NCBI GenBank assembly: GCA_963752285.1
Contig: CAVVXN010000005.1
Span: 2,016,001-2,080,000, forward strand
Source of the DNA: an uncultured Planctomycetota bacterium
GTDB lineage: Bacteria; Planctomycetota; PLA2; JAEUHO01
DNA length: 64,000 bases
Direction of reading: 5' to 3'
Shown here: piece by piece, positions 47,255 to 56,785 of the stretch
Numbering within the stretch: the first letter of the stretch is position 1
How the letters are laid out: each line of letters begins with the position of its first letter
Notes under the pieces: model-generated
Told to the model about the DNA's origin: nothing
The model's database searches: none
The model's input: the letters and a program-made list of their open reading frames with translations, nothing else
Position numbers and translations under genes: made by a program

Positions 47255-49556
47255 ATGACGCCGCGCCACCCGCGCCCCCGTCCGAGGTCCTTCCTCGTTC
47301 CTTGCGCCCGCGCGGTCGGCCTCGTCCTCCTGGTCCTCGCCGCCGCGCGCGCCGACGACGGTTCGCCGCCCCTCGTACCCGCCCACGACGCGATGGCCGT
47401 CGAGGGCGTCGTCCGGCTCGCGCCGGGGGACCACACCGTCACGGAGCGCGACGGCCGGGGGGTCCTTCGGATCACGAAGGACCACACCGTGCTCGACCTC
47501 GGCGGCGCGACCCTTTGCGGCGCGCCGAAGGACACGCGCCCCGACGCCCTCACCGGAGTCGGGATCCTCGTGGACGGCGCGAAGGGCGTGATCGTCAGAA
47601 ACGGCCGGGTCTCGGGCTTCCGGGTGGGCGTCCGGGCGGTGGACGCCACGGACCTCCTCCTGGAGGACGTGGACGCCTCCGGGTGCTTCCGCCAGCACCT
47701 CGCGAGCACACCCGAGGAGGAAGACGAGTCCGACTGGCTCTGGCCCCACCACGACGACGAGGGCGAGTGGGAGACTACGTACGGCGCGGGTTTCTCGCTC
47801 ACCGGCGTGCGAGCGGGCGACCGTCCGGCGCTGCCGCGTGCGCCGCGGACAGAACGGGCTCCTCCTCACCCGCTGCCGGGGCTGCGCGGCCTACGACGAC
47901 GACTTCTCCTTCCTCTCGGGCTGGGGCGTCGCGCTTTGGCGGTCCTCGCGCTGCGAGGTCTCGCACGACCGGCTCGACTTCTGCGTCCGCGGCTACAGCG
48001 ACGGCGTGTACGCGCGCGGGCAGGACTCGGCCGCGATCCTCGTGTTCGAGCAGAGCTCGAACAACCTGTTCGCGAGGAACTCGGCCACCCACTCGGGCGA
48101 CGGCTTCTTCCTCTACGCCGGCCACGAGACGACCCAGCGCACGGGCCGCGGCGGCTCGAACGACAACGTCGTCGTCGGGAACGACTTCCGCTTCGCGGTC
48201 GCCAACGGCATCGAGGCGACGTTCAGCTCGGGGAACGTCTTCGACGGGAACGACGGCTCGGGCTCGGACTACGGGATCTGGGCGGGGTACTCCCGCGACT
48301 CGAGGTTTACGCGAAACGTGCTCCGCGACTGCCGGACGGCCGGGGTCGCGATCGAGCACGGAAACGGCAACATGATCGCCGAGAACGACATGGCGGGCGC
48401 GCGATACGGCGTGCGCCTCTGGTGGGACGACGACCCCGACCTCGTCGGCGGCGTCTACGGGCAGCACCAGGACACGTCTTCGGGGCGAAACGTCCTCCTC
48501 GCGAACCAGATCGCCGCGACCGACGCCGCCGTCTCGCTCGAGAGCGACGTCGGAACGCGCCTCCTCGGGAACCGGTTCCCCGGTCCGGCGACGCAGATCC
48601 GCCTCGCCGGGACCACCACGCTCTCGGACGTCCTCTGGGGCGAGGTCTCGGGCGATCTCGTGGTCGAGAACCGGACGGGCCACGCGGTCCGGCTCGCGAG
48701 TCCCGACCTCGCGCCGGGGCGCGTGCGGACGGAAGGGGACCCCGTGTCGTTCGTGGCCCTCGCGTCGCCCGGTTCGGCGCCGCCCGTCCCGCCGCCCCCG
48801 ACGCCGTCCGTCCGCGGCACGCTCGACACCCAGCTCCCTGCGGACCTCCCGGCCGGCCGCGCCTCGATGCGGATCGACGCGTGGGGCCCCGTGGACCCGC
48901 GCGAGACGCGGCTCTTCCCCACGCACGTCTCGGCCCCGGGCCCCGAAGCGCGTCTCCACCTCCTCGGCGCGAAGTCGTTCCGGGTGGTCGAGACGAGCCC
49001 GGGCGTCTCGGTCGAGCCGAGGGAGGGCACGGCGCCGGCGACGATCGTGGTCCGCGCGTCGGGCGACGGGCCGAGCCTGCGGCCGTTTCGCGTGGTCGTC
49101 GCGTCGGCCAGCGCGAGGTACACGAGCGAGGGGACGCTCCTCGTCCTTCCGTGGGACGTCCGCTTCTTCACCTGGGACGACGCGACGGACCCGCTCGCGC
49201 ACCCCGACGCCTTCGCGGCGCTCCTCCGATCGGACGCGCCGCGCGAGGTCCACTTGGACGCGCTCGACTTCCCGTGGCGCGCGGGCGGCCCGGAGGGCGT
49301 CGCGACCGACCGCTTCGCGACGCGCGCGGAGGCGACGGCGACGCTCCCCGCGGGCCGCTACCGCCTGCGGGTGGTCTCGGACGACGGCGTCCGCGCGTAC
49401 GTGGACGAGAAGAAGGTGATCGAGCGCTGGGACCGCCACGGCCCGACGGAGGACACGGCCGACCTCGACCTCGCGGCGGGCGCGCACGCGATCCGCATCG
49501 AGCACTTCGAGATCGACGGCTGGTCGTGGCTCTCGGCCCGCCTCGAACCCCGTTGA
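47255..49556 (+). CDS. Right-handed beta-helix (NosD-like) protein with a C-terminal PA14 domain, frameshifted near 47807
   Basis: Signal peptide and beta-helix repeats; removing one G in ggcGtgc (47807) joins ORF 47255 to ORF 47838; PA14 motif SDDGVRAYVD..W..H. Confidence 0.75.
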
Positions 49557-49575
49557 GCGGGCGATCGGGGGACCG

Positions 49576-50685
49576 TCAGCGCGGCGCCACGAGGATCGCG
49601 TCGATCGGGGCCTGACCTCGGCGGACGCGGATCTCGTAGCGCCGGCCGGGGTGCGAGGCCTGGAACGCGAGCTCGACGTCGTCCAGCGCCTCCGTCGGGA
49701 GCCGGTCGATCTCGAGGAGCAGGTCGCCCGCGCGAAGCCCCGCGCGGTCCGCGGCCGAGCCGGGCGCGACCGCCTGCACCAGGAGCCGCCGACCGTCGTC
49801 CTCGACCGAGAGCCCGATGTCCTGGAGGCGGAGCGGGACGACGGCGAGATCCTCTCCCTCCTCGCCGACGGGCGATCCAGGCGATGGTTCCGCGGGCGCG
49901 CACGCCGCCACGGGCGGTCGCACCGGGGCGGGGCGCTCGGGCGTCGGCGGAGGCAACGGATTCCGCGGGGCCGCGCCTCCGAGCGCCCGACGGAGCAGCG
50001 CGCCCACGTCGTCGGCGGGGATCGCGAAGGCGATCCCGTTCGCGCTCGGGAGGATCGACGTGTTGATCCCGATCAGCTCGCCGTCCAAGTTGAGGAGCGG
50101 ACCGCCGGAGTTCCCCGAGTTGATCGAGGCGTCGGTCTGGATCAGGTTCGCGATCGTGCCGCCGCTCGCGACCTTCGCCGAGCGCCGCACCGCCGACACG
50201 ACCCCGACCGTGATCGAGTCGCCGAGGCCGCGAGGGTTCCCGATCGCGATCGCGCTCTCGCCGAGGATGACGTCTCCCGTGGGCGCGAGCGATACGTAGG
50301 GCCACGTGCGACGTCCCTCGACCTGGAGCACGGCCAGGTCGCCGCGCGGGTCGTCGGCGATCAGGCGCGCCCGGACGACCTCGCGCGAGCGGAACGGCAC
50401 GACCGTGATGCGGTCCGCGCCCCGGATCACGTGCGAGTTCGTCACGACGAACCCCGCGGGGTTGACGATCACGCCAGATCCCGCGCTCCGGGTGCGCGCC
50501 TGGGTCCGCCAGGCGTTCACGCTGACCATCGCGGGCGCCGCGTGGTCCACGGCCTCCACGACCGCCGTCCGGCGCCGTTCGGCCAGCCGGGCCGAGGCCG
50601 ACGCCTGGCCCCACTGGAACGCGCCGACGACGAGCACGGCCGCGAGGACGAGGAAGGCTCCGATCGGCTCGGCGCGTCTTCGCAT
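49576..50685 (-). CDS. HtrA/DegP-like trypsin serine protease with a PDZ domain
   Basis: TNSHV (His), DLAVL (Asp) and GNSGG (Ser) triad; C-terminal PGSAADRAGLRAGD PDZ. Confidence 0.9.
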   Translation of the reverse strand: MRRRAEPIGAFLVLAAVLVVGAFQWGQASASARLAERRRTAVVEAVDHAAPAMVSVNAWRTQARTRSAGSGVIVNPAGFVVTNSHVIRGADRITVVPFRSREVVRARLIADDPRGDLAVLQVEGRRTWPYVSLAPTGDVILGESAIAIGNPRGLGDSITVGVVSAVRRSAKVASGGTIANLIQTDASINSGNSGGPLLNLDGELIGINTSILPSANGIAFAIPADDVGALLRRALGGAAPRNPLPPPTPERPAPVRPPVAACAPAEPSPGSPVGEEGEDLAVVPLRLQDIGLSVEDDGRRLLVQAVAPGSAADRAGLRAGDLLLEIDRLPTEALDDVELAFQASHPGRRYEIRVRRGQAPIDAILVAPR

Positions 50686-50846
50686 GACGTCTCCCGGGGG
50701 ACGGAAAGGAGCCTCCCCGCTTCGGGAATCGGTCGGATCCCGCCTCGGGTAAAGGGCGCGGGCCCGACGTCCCGCCCGACCCGGGTCGCCGTACACTCCC
50801 GTCCCCGGGGCCCGACGAGAGACCCCCGCCGAGACCGGAGGGCCCC

Positions 50847-52574
50847 TTGACCTCGGAGAGCGCGTCGCCGCCCGCCCCGCTCTCCCCTCGGGGCCCGGCG
50901 GCCGCCCCCGTTCTTTCCGGGGCCCCCGGCCCGGACGCGCCGGCGTCGCGCGCGCTCCGGCTCCTCGCGCGCCACCCGTTCGCGGTGCTCTTCGCCGTCG
51001 TCCTCGTCCAGGCGATCCCGACGCTCTACAGCCGCGAGTACTGGGCGTTCGACGAGGTCCGCCACGCGAGCGTGCTCCGGGAGCTCGTGGACCACGGGCA
51101 CTGGCTCTCGCTCCACATGAACGGCCAGACCTATCCGGACAAGCCGCCCGTCTACTTCTGGCTCGTGGCCCTCGCGTCGCGCGTCCTCTCGACGGACGGC
51201 CCCGCGGCGTTCTTCCTCGTCTCCGCGTTCGGCGGGTTCGTCTTCCTCACGGGCACGTACGTGCTGGCCCGCGTCACGCTCGCGAAGGGCCGCCCGACGC
51301 TCGCCCTCCTCGCGCCCCTCCTCGCCACCGCGACGCCGATGTACCAGCTCCTGCTCCGCACCACGCGGATGGACCTCCTCTTCGCCGGCGTGATCGTCTG
51401 GGCCGTCGCGCTCCTCTGGCGCGGGCTCGCCCGCGAGCGTCCGAACGGCGGGGTGGTCCTCGGGCTCCTCCTCTCGGGTCTCGCGACGGTCGTGAAGGGA
51501 CCGCTCGGGCTCGGCTTTCCCCTCGCCGGGCTCCTCGCGTGGTGCCTCCTGACCCGCCGGGGGCGGCGCCTCTTCCGCTGGGACGTCGGGCTCGGGCTCG
51601 CCGCCGCCCTCGCCCCGGTCACGCTGTGGCTCGCGGCCCTCGCCTCCCTCGAAGGACCGGGCTACGTCCGCGAGCTCCTCACGGGGCAGGTCGTGGGCCG
51701 CGCCCTCGCGGGTCACGGGCACGGGTACGGGCCGTGGTTCTATCTCGCGGTGCTCCCCGCCGCCGTGATGCCGTGGCCGATCCTCCTCGTCGCCGCGCCG
51801 TGGCGCCGCCTCCGAGACCGGCGGGTGTGGGACGCGTTCCGGCCGCAGGCTCGCGACGACCGCGACGGCAGGATCTTCCTCGCCGCCACGTTCCTGGCCG
51901 GGTTCGTCGTTCTCTCCGCCGCCCGGAGCAAGCTCGTCATCTACGTGATGCCGCTGCTCGGTCCGCTGGCCGTCCTCGCCGCGGACTGGATCTCGCGCCT
52001 TCCCGCGGCGCGGGAGCGGCGCGCGGGAACGGCGCTCGGCGCGGGCGCGCTCCTCGCGTCGTGTGCCGCGGCGCTCGGGAACGCGTTCGTCCCGTTCCCC
52101 CAGGTCCGTCTTCACGGTCTCCTGCCCCTCGCGCTCGTCTTCGCCGGGACCGGCGCCCTCGTGTTCGCGTTCCGTCGTCGCGCGGTCGAGGTCACCGTGC
52201 TCGGCCTGCTCGTGGCGAACACGCTCGTCGCCGCCCTCGTCGTGCCGAGCCTCGACCCCGTGATGAGCCCGCGCGCCGAGGCCGAGGCGATGCGTCGCCT
52301 CGCCGACCGGGGCTGGTCGCCGCTGATGTTCCGCGCGTACCCGGGCGCGTTCACGTACTACGCGGGACGAACGCTTCCGGAGACCCGCGACCTCGACGCG
52401 CTCCGCGCGTACCTCCACGATCACGAGAAGGTGGTCGTCGCGACGCCGCGGCACTATCTCGAGCGCTTCCCCGACGAGCTCGGCGGCCTCACGGTCGTAG
52501 ACGAACGTCGGATCGAGGGCGCGCCGTTCGTGCTCCTCGCCCGTCCCTCGCCACCGGAGGTCCCCCGCCGATGA
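50847..52574 (+). CDS. ArnT-like GT-C glycosyltransferase (PMT_2/GT83)
   Basis: DEVRH, YPDKPPVYFW, VKGPLG and SKLVIYVMP motifs; multi-TM. Confidence 0.85.
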   Translation: MTSESASPPAPLSPRGPAAAPVLSGAPGPDAPASRALRLLARHPFAVLFAVVLVQAIPTLYSREYWAFDEVRHASVLRELVDHGHWLSLHMNGQTYPDKPPVYFWLVALASRVLSTDGPAAFFLVSAFGGFVFLTGTYVLARVTLAKGRPTLALLAPLLATATPMYQLLLRTTRMDLLFAGVIVWAVALLWRGLARERPNGGVVLGLLLSGLATVVKGPLGLGFPLAGLLAWCLLTRRGRRLFRWDVGLGLAAALAPVTLWLAALASLEGPGYVRELLTGQVVGRALAGHGHGYGPWFYLAVLPAAVMPWPILLVAAPWRRLRDRRVWDAFRPQARDDRDGRIFLAATFLAGFVVLSAARSKLVIYVMPLLGPLAVLAADWISRLPAARERRAGTALGAGALLASCAAALGNAFVPFPQVRLHGLLPLALVFAGTGALVFAFRRRAVEVTVLGLLVANTLVAALVVPSLDPVMSPRAEAEAMRRLADRGWSPLMFRAYPGAFTYYAGRTLPETRDLDALRAYLHDHEKVVVATPRHYLERFPDELGGLTVVDERRIEGAPFVLLARPSPPEVPRR

Positions 52575-53215
52575 ACGACGTCCTCGCGCGCCTACAGGCC
52601 TGGGACGCGTCGGCGTTCCTGGCCGTGAACTCCTGGCTCCACCACCTGACGCACCGCAACGAGGAGATCGAGAACGTCCTCCGCGCGGCGAACGAGCTCG
52701 GCAGCGGATGGATCCTCCTCTTCGTGCTGCTCGCGCTCGTGGGCGCGGAGGTCTCGTTTTGCCGCGCTGCGCGGCGTCTCGCCGAGATCGGTCTCGCCGC
52801 GCTCACCGCGGGCCTCGGCACGTGGTTCGTGAAGCGGTGGGTGGACCGGCCACGTCCGGGCGAGGCCCTCGCGGAGGCCTTCCGGGACGGGCGCGCCCAC
52901 TTCGCGTTCGGGATTCACCTGCGGGACGCGGGCTGGCCGTCCGGCCACGCCGCGGGCGCGTTCGCGCTCGCCGTGGTGGTCTGGTGGTGGGCGGCCGAGA
53001 CCCCCGACGCCTGGCGCCGGGTCTTCGTGCGCGTCGGGATCGTGCTCATGGCGTCTCTGACCGCCCTGGCACGCGTGTACGGAGGCGCCCACTACCCCGG
53101 CGACGTGCTCTGCGGCGCCGTGTTCGGCGTGGTCGTGGGCTGGCTCACGGTGGCCACGTCCCGCGCGCTGGCCGGGCCGTACCGACGCCCCGCCCCCCGC
53201 GACCCGGCGCGCTGA
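52571..53215 (+). CDS. PAP2-family phosphatase (undecaprenyl-PP/lipid A phosphatase-like)
   Basis: KRWVDRPRP, PSGH and ARVYGGAHYPGDV motifs; ATGA overlap with the ArnT gene. Confidence 0.88.
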   Translation: MNDVLARLQAWDASAFLAVNSWLHHLTHRNEEIENVLRAANELGSGWILLFVLLALVGAEVSFCRAARRLAEIGLAALTAGLGTWFVKRWVDRPRPGEALAEAFRDGRAHFAFGIHLRDAGWPSGHAAGAFALAVVVWWWAAETPDAWRRVFVRVGIVLMASLTALARVYGGAHYPGDVLCGAVFGVVVGWLTVATSRALAGPYRRPAPRDPAR

Positions 53216-53234
53216 GCCCGACCCGACGCGACCG

Positions 53235-55352
53235 CTACCCGAAGGCGTGCCAGGGCAGCGACGCGAACACCTTCACGATCAGCGGCGCGAAGACGAGCGA
53301 GATGATCGCCATCAGCTTCAGCAGGATGTTGATGGAGGGGCCCGAGGTGTCCTTGAAGGGATCGCCGACGGTGTCGCCCACGACCGCGGCCTTGTGGCGC
53401 GCTCCGCCCTTCCCGCCCGACTTCTCGATGTACTTCTTCGCGTTGTCCCACGCGCCGCCGGCGTTCGCCAGCATGACGGCGAGCGGCACGCCGGAGACGA
53501 GCGAGCCGGCGAGGAGGCCGCCAAGCGCGTTGGGGCCGAGGAAGAAGCCGACGGCGAGCGGGATGGCCACGGCGAGGATGCCCGGACGGAGCATCTCGCG
53601 GATCGCGCTCTGCGTCGTGATGTCCACGCAACGCGCGTAGTCGGGCTTCGCGTCGGGCAGCCCCTCCTTGAGCCCGGGAACCTCCCGGAACTGACGCTGG
53701 ACCTCGTGGATCACCTTCTGGGCCGCGCGACCGACCGCCTGCATCGTGTCGGCCGTGAAGAGGAAGGGCACCACGCCGCCGATCAGGAGGCCCGCGAGGA
53801 CGATCGGGTTGCCCACGCGCATGTCGAGCTCCGTGCCGAGCCCCTGGAGCGCGGTCCGGTACGCGACGAAGAGCGCGAGGGCGGTCAGCGCGGCGGAGCC
53901 GATCGCGAAGCCCTTCGCGATGGCCGCCGTCGTGTTGCCCGCGGCGTCGAGCGAGTCGGTGCGCTCGCGGACCTCGGGCGGGCAGTGCGCCATCTCGGCG
54001 ATGCCGCCCGCGTTGTCGGCGATCGGCCCGTACGCGTCCACGCCGACCGTGATGCCGAGCGTGCCGAGCATCCCGACCGCCGCGAGGGTGACGCCGTACA
54101 TGCCGGCGAGCAGGTACCCGGCGAGGATCGCGGCGGCGATGATGAGGAGCGGGAAGACGGCCGAGCGGAAGCCGATCGCGATGCCGGCGATGATGTTCGT
54201 CGGCACCGTGTCGCTCTGGTCCGCGAGATCGCGGACGGTCTTGCCGGACGTGTAGTACTCGGCCGTGAATCCGATGCCCATGCCGGCGACGAGCCCGGCA
54301 ACGACCGCGATCGCCCAGTGGAGGAGGTTCACCGCCTGGCTGCCCTCGACGGCCCCTGCGCCCAGCGCGGGGAACACCGCCGGGGACACCACGAGCGCCA
54401 CGACGAACACCAGGGCCGCGAAGAGCAGGCCCGAGACGATCGTGCCCCGTCGGAGCGCGGCCTGCGGGTCGCCGCCCTCCTTCACGCGCACGGAGAACAC
54501 GCCGACGATCGAGGCGAGGACGCCGGCCGCCAGCACGGCGAACACGAAGCCCACGGCCCAGATCGCGGCGTCGCCCTTGAACGAGTCCACCGCGATCACG
54601 ACGGCGCCGAGGATCGCGCCCACGAACGACTCGAAGAGGTCCGCACCCATGCCAGCGACGTCGCCGACGTTGTCGCCGACGTTGTCCGCGATCACCGCCG
54701 GGTTCCGAGGGTCGTCCTCGGGGATGCCCGCCTCGACCTTGCCCACCAGGTCGGCGCCGACGTCGGCCGCCTTCGTGTAGATGCCACCGCCGACGCGCGC
54801 GAAGAGCGCGATCGACGAGGCCCCCATCGAGAAGCCAGCGATGATCGTGGCGGCCTTCGCGACGTCGCCCTCCATGCCGCTGAAGAGGACGAAGAGCAGC
54901 GAGATGCCCAGGATCCCGAGGCTCATCACGAGCATGCCCATCACGACCCCGCCGGGGAACGCGACGTTCAAGGCCTCGTTGAACGACCGGGTCGCGGCCT
55001 GGGTCGTCCTCGCGTTGGCCGCGGTGGCGACCTGCATGCCGCCGAAACCGCAGAGCGTCGAGAGCGCCGCGCCGACGGCGAACGCGATGGCGGTCTTCCA
55101 GCCGAGGCCGACCACGTCGGAGCCCGACAGGAAGACGCAGAGCACCACCGCCACCGCGAGGACGAAGAACACGAGGGTCCGGTACTCGCGACGGAGGAAC
55201 GCCATCGCGCCCTCGCGGATGTGGTCCTGGATCTCCCGCATACGTTCGGTGCCGCGGTCCTTCGAGAGCACCCGCTTCGCGGTGATCCCCGCGAAGATGA
55301 GCCCTACGGCCCCGGCCGCCAACGCCCAGAACACCGTCCCGGGAAGCTGCAT
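53235..55352 (-). CDS. hppA: Membrane-bound ion-translocating pyrophosphatase (K+-dependent, probably Na+-pumping)
   Basis: [48 protein letters not shown] and [10 protein letters not shown] motifs. Confidence 0.95.
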   Translation of the reverse strand: MQLPGTVFWALAAGAVGLIFAGITAKRVLSKDRGTERMREIQDHIREGAMAFLRREYRTLVFFVLAVAVVLCVFLSGSDVVGLGWKTAIAFAVGAALSTLCGFGGMQVATAANARTTQAATRSFNEALNVAFPGGVVMGMLVMSLGILGISLLFVLFSGMEGDVAKAATIIAGFSMGASSIALFARVGGGIYTKAADVGADLVGKVEAGIPEDDPRNPAVIADNVGDNVGDVAGMGADLFESFVGAILGAVVIAVDSFKGDAAIWAVGFVFAVLAAGVLASIVGVFSVRVKEGGDPQAALRRGTIVSGLLFAALVFVVALVVSPAVFPALGAGAVEGSQAVNLLHWAIAVVAGLVAGMGIGFTAEYYTSGKTVRDLADQSDTVPTNIIAGIAIGFRSAVFPLLIIAAAILAGYLLAGMYGVTLAAVGMLGTLGITVGVDAYGPIADNAGGIAEMAHCPPEVRERTDSLDAAGNTTAAIAKGFAIGSAALTALALFVAYRTALQGLGTELDMRVGNPIVLAGLLIGGVVPFLFTADTMQAVGRAAQKVIHEVQRQFREVPGLKEGLPDAKPDYARCVDITTQSAIREMLRPGILAVAIPLAVGFFLGPNALGGLLAGSLVSGVPLAVMLANAGGAWDNAKKYIEKSGGKGGARHKAAVVGDTVGDPFKDTSGPSINILLKLMAIISLVFAPLIVKVFASLPWHAFG

Positions 55353-55487
55353 TCCTGCTCTCCTTCGGCCCTCGACGGCGGGGGGCGAGGGGCGCCAGGC
55401 CCGCCCTCCCCGGCGCCGGAGGCCGAAGAGTGTACGGGGTTCGGACGGCGGCCGGCACGGATTGGCGGCGCGCCCGGGCGCGGGCGG

Positions 55488-55880
55488 TCAGGTCTCCTCC
55501 CCAGCCTCGCCCGCGCCGGCGAGCCTCGCGTGGGCGTACCGCCAGAGGACGCCCCGCTCGCCGTCCGCACGCGGGTCGCCCACGGGCCCTCCGCCGATGG
55601 CGTACCGGTGCCCCACCCGGCCCTCGGCCATCGGGGTCCTCGCGATCTCGAGGACGACGCGGGTCCGGCTTCCGTCCCGGGGGTCGGGACCGGCCCGCCC
55701 GTGCTCCTCGAGGAGCCAGGTCAGGGCCCGCAGGTGGAAGGCGCCCGGCGCCTCCCCCTCGACCACCCGCCACGAGGGCCGGCCGTCGGGCCCGGTCCGC
55801 TCCTCCAGCACCACCCGGCGGACCTCGGCGCCCGGCGGCGGCCAGGCCCGGGGTCTCGGAGAGGGCTCGGCCGGGTTCAT
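55488..55880 (-). CDS. Hypothetical protein
   Basis: 130-aa ORF with protein-like composition filling the gap upstream of hppA; no family recognised. Confidence 0.45.
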   Translation of the reverse strand: MNPAEPSPRPRAWPPPGAEVRRVVLEERTGPDGRPSWRVVEGEAPGAFHLRALTWLLEEHGRAGPDPRDGSRTRVVLEIARTPMAEGRVGHRYAIGGGPVGDPRADGERGVLWRYAHARLAGAGEAGEET

Positions 55881-55951
55881 GGGGAGGTGGTTCAGAAGCC
55901 CTACAGAGGGCCGCGGCGGGCGGCCGACAGGGAAACCGGAGGTTCCCTTCC

Positions 55952-56344
55952 GTGGCGGCCCGCGTCAACAGCCCCCTCAAGACGTTCGTGCTCTTCCTCC
56001 TGGTCGGGGGATTCGGCTGGCTCTGCTACGAGTACGTCTACGTGCGCCGGATCTTCCAGACCCAGGAGGAGAAGTTCGTCCCCGACGCCGAGCTGAAGCG
56101 CGTCCGCGACGCGGTCCTGGAGACGTACGGGAACGACAAGTGCCTCCTCGAGCTCGGGATGGTCCAGTATCGGATGCGCGAGGGGCGCTACCGCATCGAC
56201 ATCGTCGTGGACGACGGCTGCGAGGAGCAGGCCAAGCGGATGTGCCAGGAGATCTCCGAGTTCGTCGAGGATCGGATCGGGCACGAGGCGGAGGTGTTCG
56301 CTTACACCTCCGGAATGATCCAAATGACCCGCTACATCCCATAG
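55952..56344 (+). CDS. Small membrane-anchored hypothetical protein
   Basis: GTG start after GGAGG; N-terminal TM (FVLFLLVGGFGWL); strongly GC3-biased codons. Confidence 0.7.
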   Translation: MAARVNSPLKTFVLFLLVGGFGWLCYEYVYVRRIFQTQEEKFVPDAELKRVRDAVLETYGNDKCLLELGMVQYRMREGRYRIDIVVDDGCEEQAKRMCQEISEFVEDRIGHEAEVFAYTSGMIQMTRYIP

Positions 56345-56465
56345 GTCGGCGCGCTGAGGGCCCCGTTCGCGGCCCTTCCTCCTCCTTGCGTGCATTCGCA
56401 CGCGGCGTCGTCGTCAGGACCACTCCTTGGGGCCCTCAGCGCGCCGATGGCGTGCGGACGGGTGT

Positions 56466-56785
56466 GGGCGGGCTCGCGGGCCCGCCTTCGGCGGGGCCCG
56501 CATCGCGGGGGGCGGCGCGGGGGCGGGCTCGCGGGCCCGCCTTTGGCGGGGCCGCTTCGCGGGGGGCGGCGCGGGGGCGGGCTCGCGGGCCCGCCTTTGG
56601 CGGGGCCGCTTCGCGGGGGGCGGCGCGGGGGCGGGCTCGCGGGCCCGCCTTTGGCGGGGCCGCTTCGCGGGGGCGGCGGGGGGGCGGGCTCGCGGGCCCG
56701 CCTTTGGCGGGGCCGCTTCGCGGGGGCGGCGCGGGGGCGGGCTTGCGGGCCCGCCTTTGGCGGGGCCGCTTCGCGGGGGCGGGGC
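56466..56785. repeat. Tandem array of six ~54-bp palindromic units (REP/BIME-like)
   Basis: Units start at 56466, 56521, 56575, 56629, 56682 and 56735; consensus GGGCGGGCTCGCGGGCCCGCCTTTGGCGGGGCCGCTTCGCGGGGGGCGGCGCGG. Confidence 0.92.

Noticed and set aside
56466..56785. CRISPR array
   Set aside because: The units are contiguous near-identical repeats with no unique spacers, and no cas genes are in the window.
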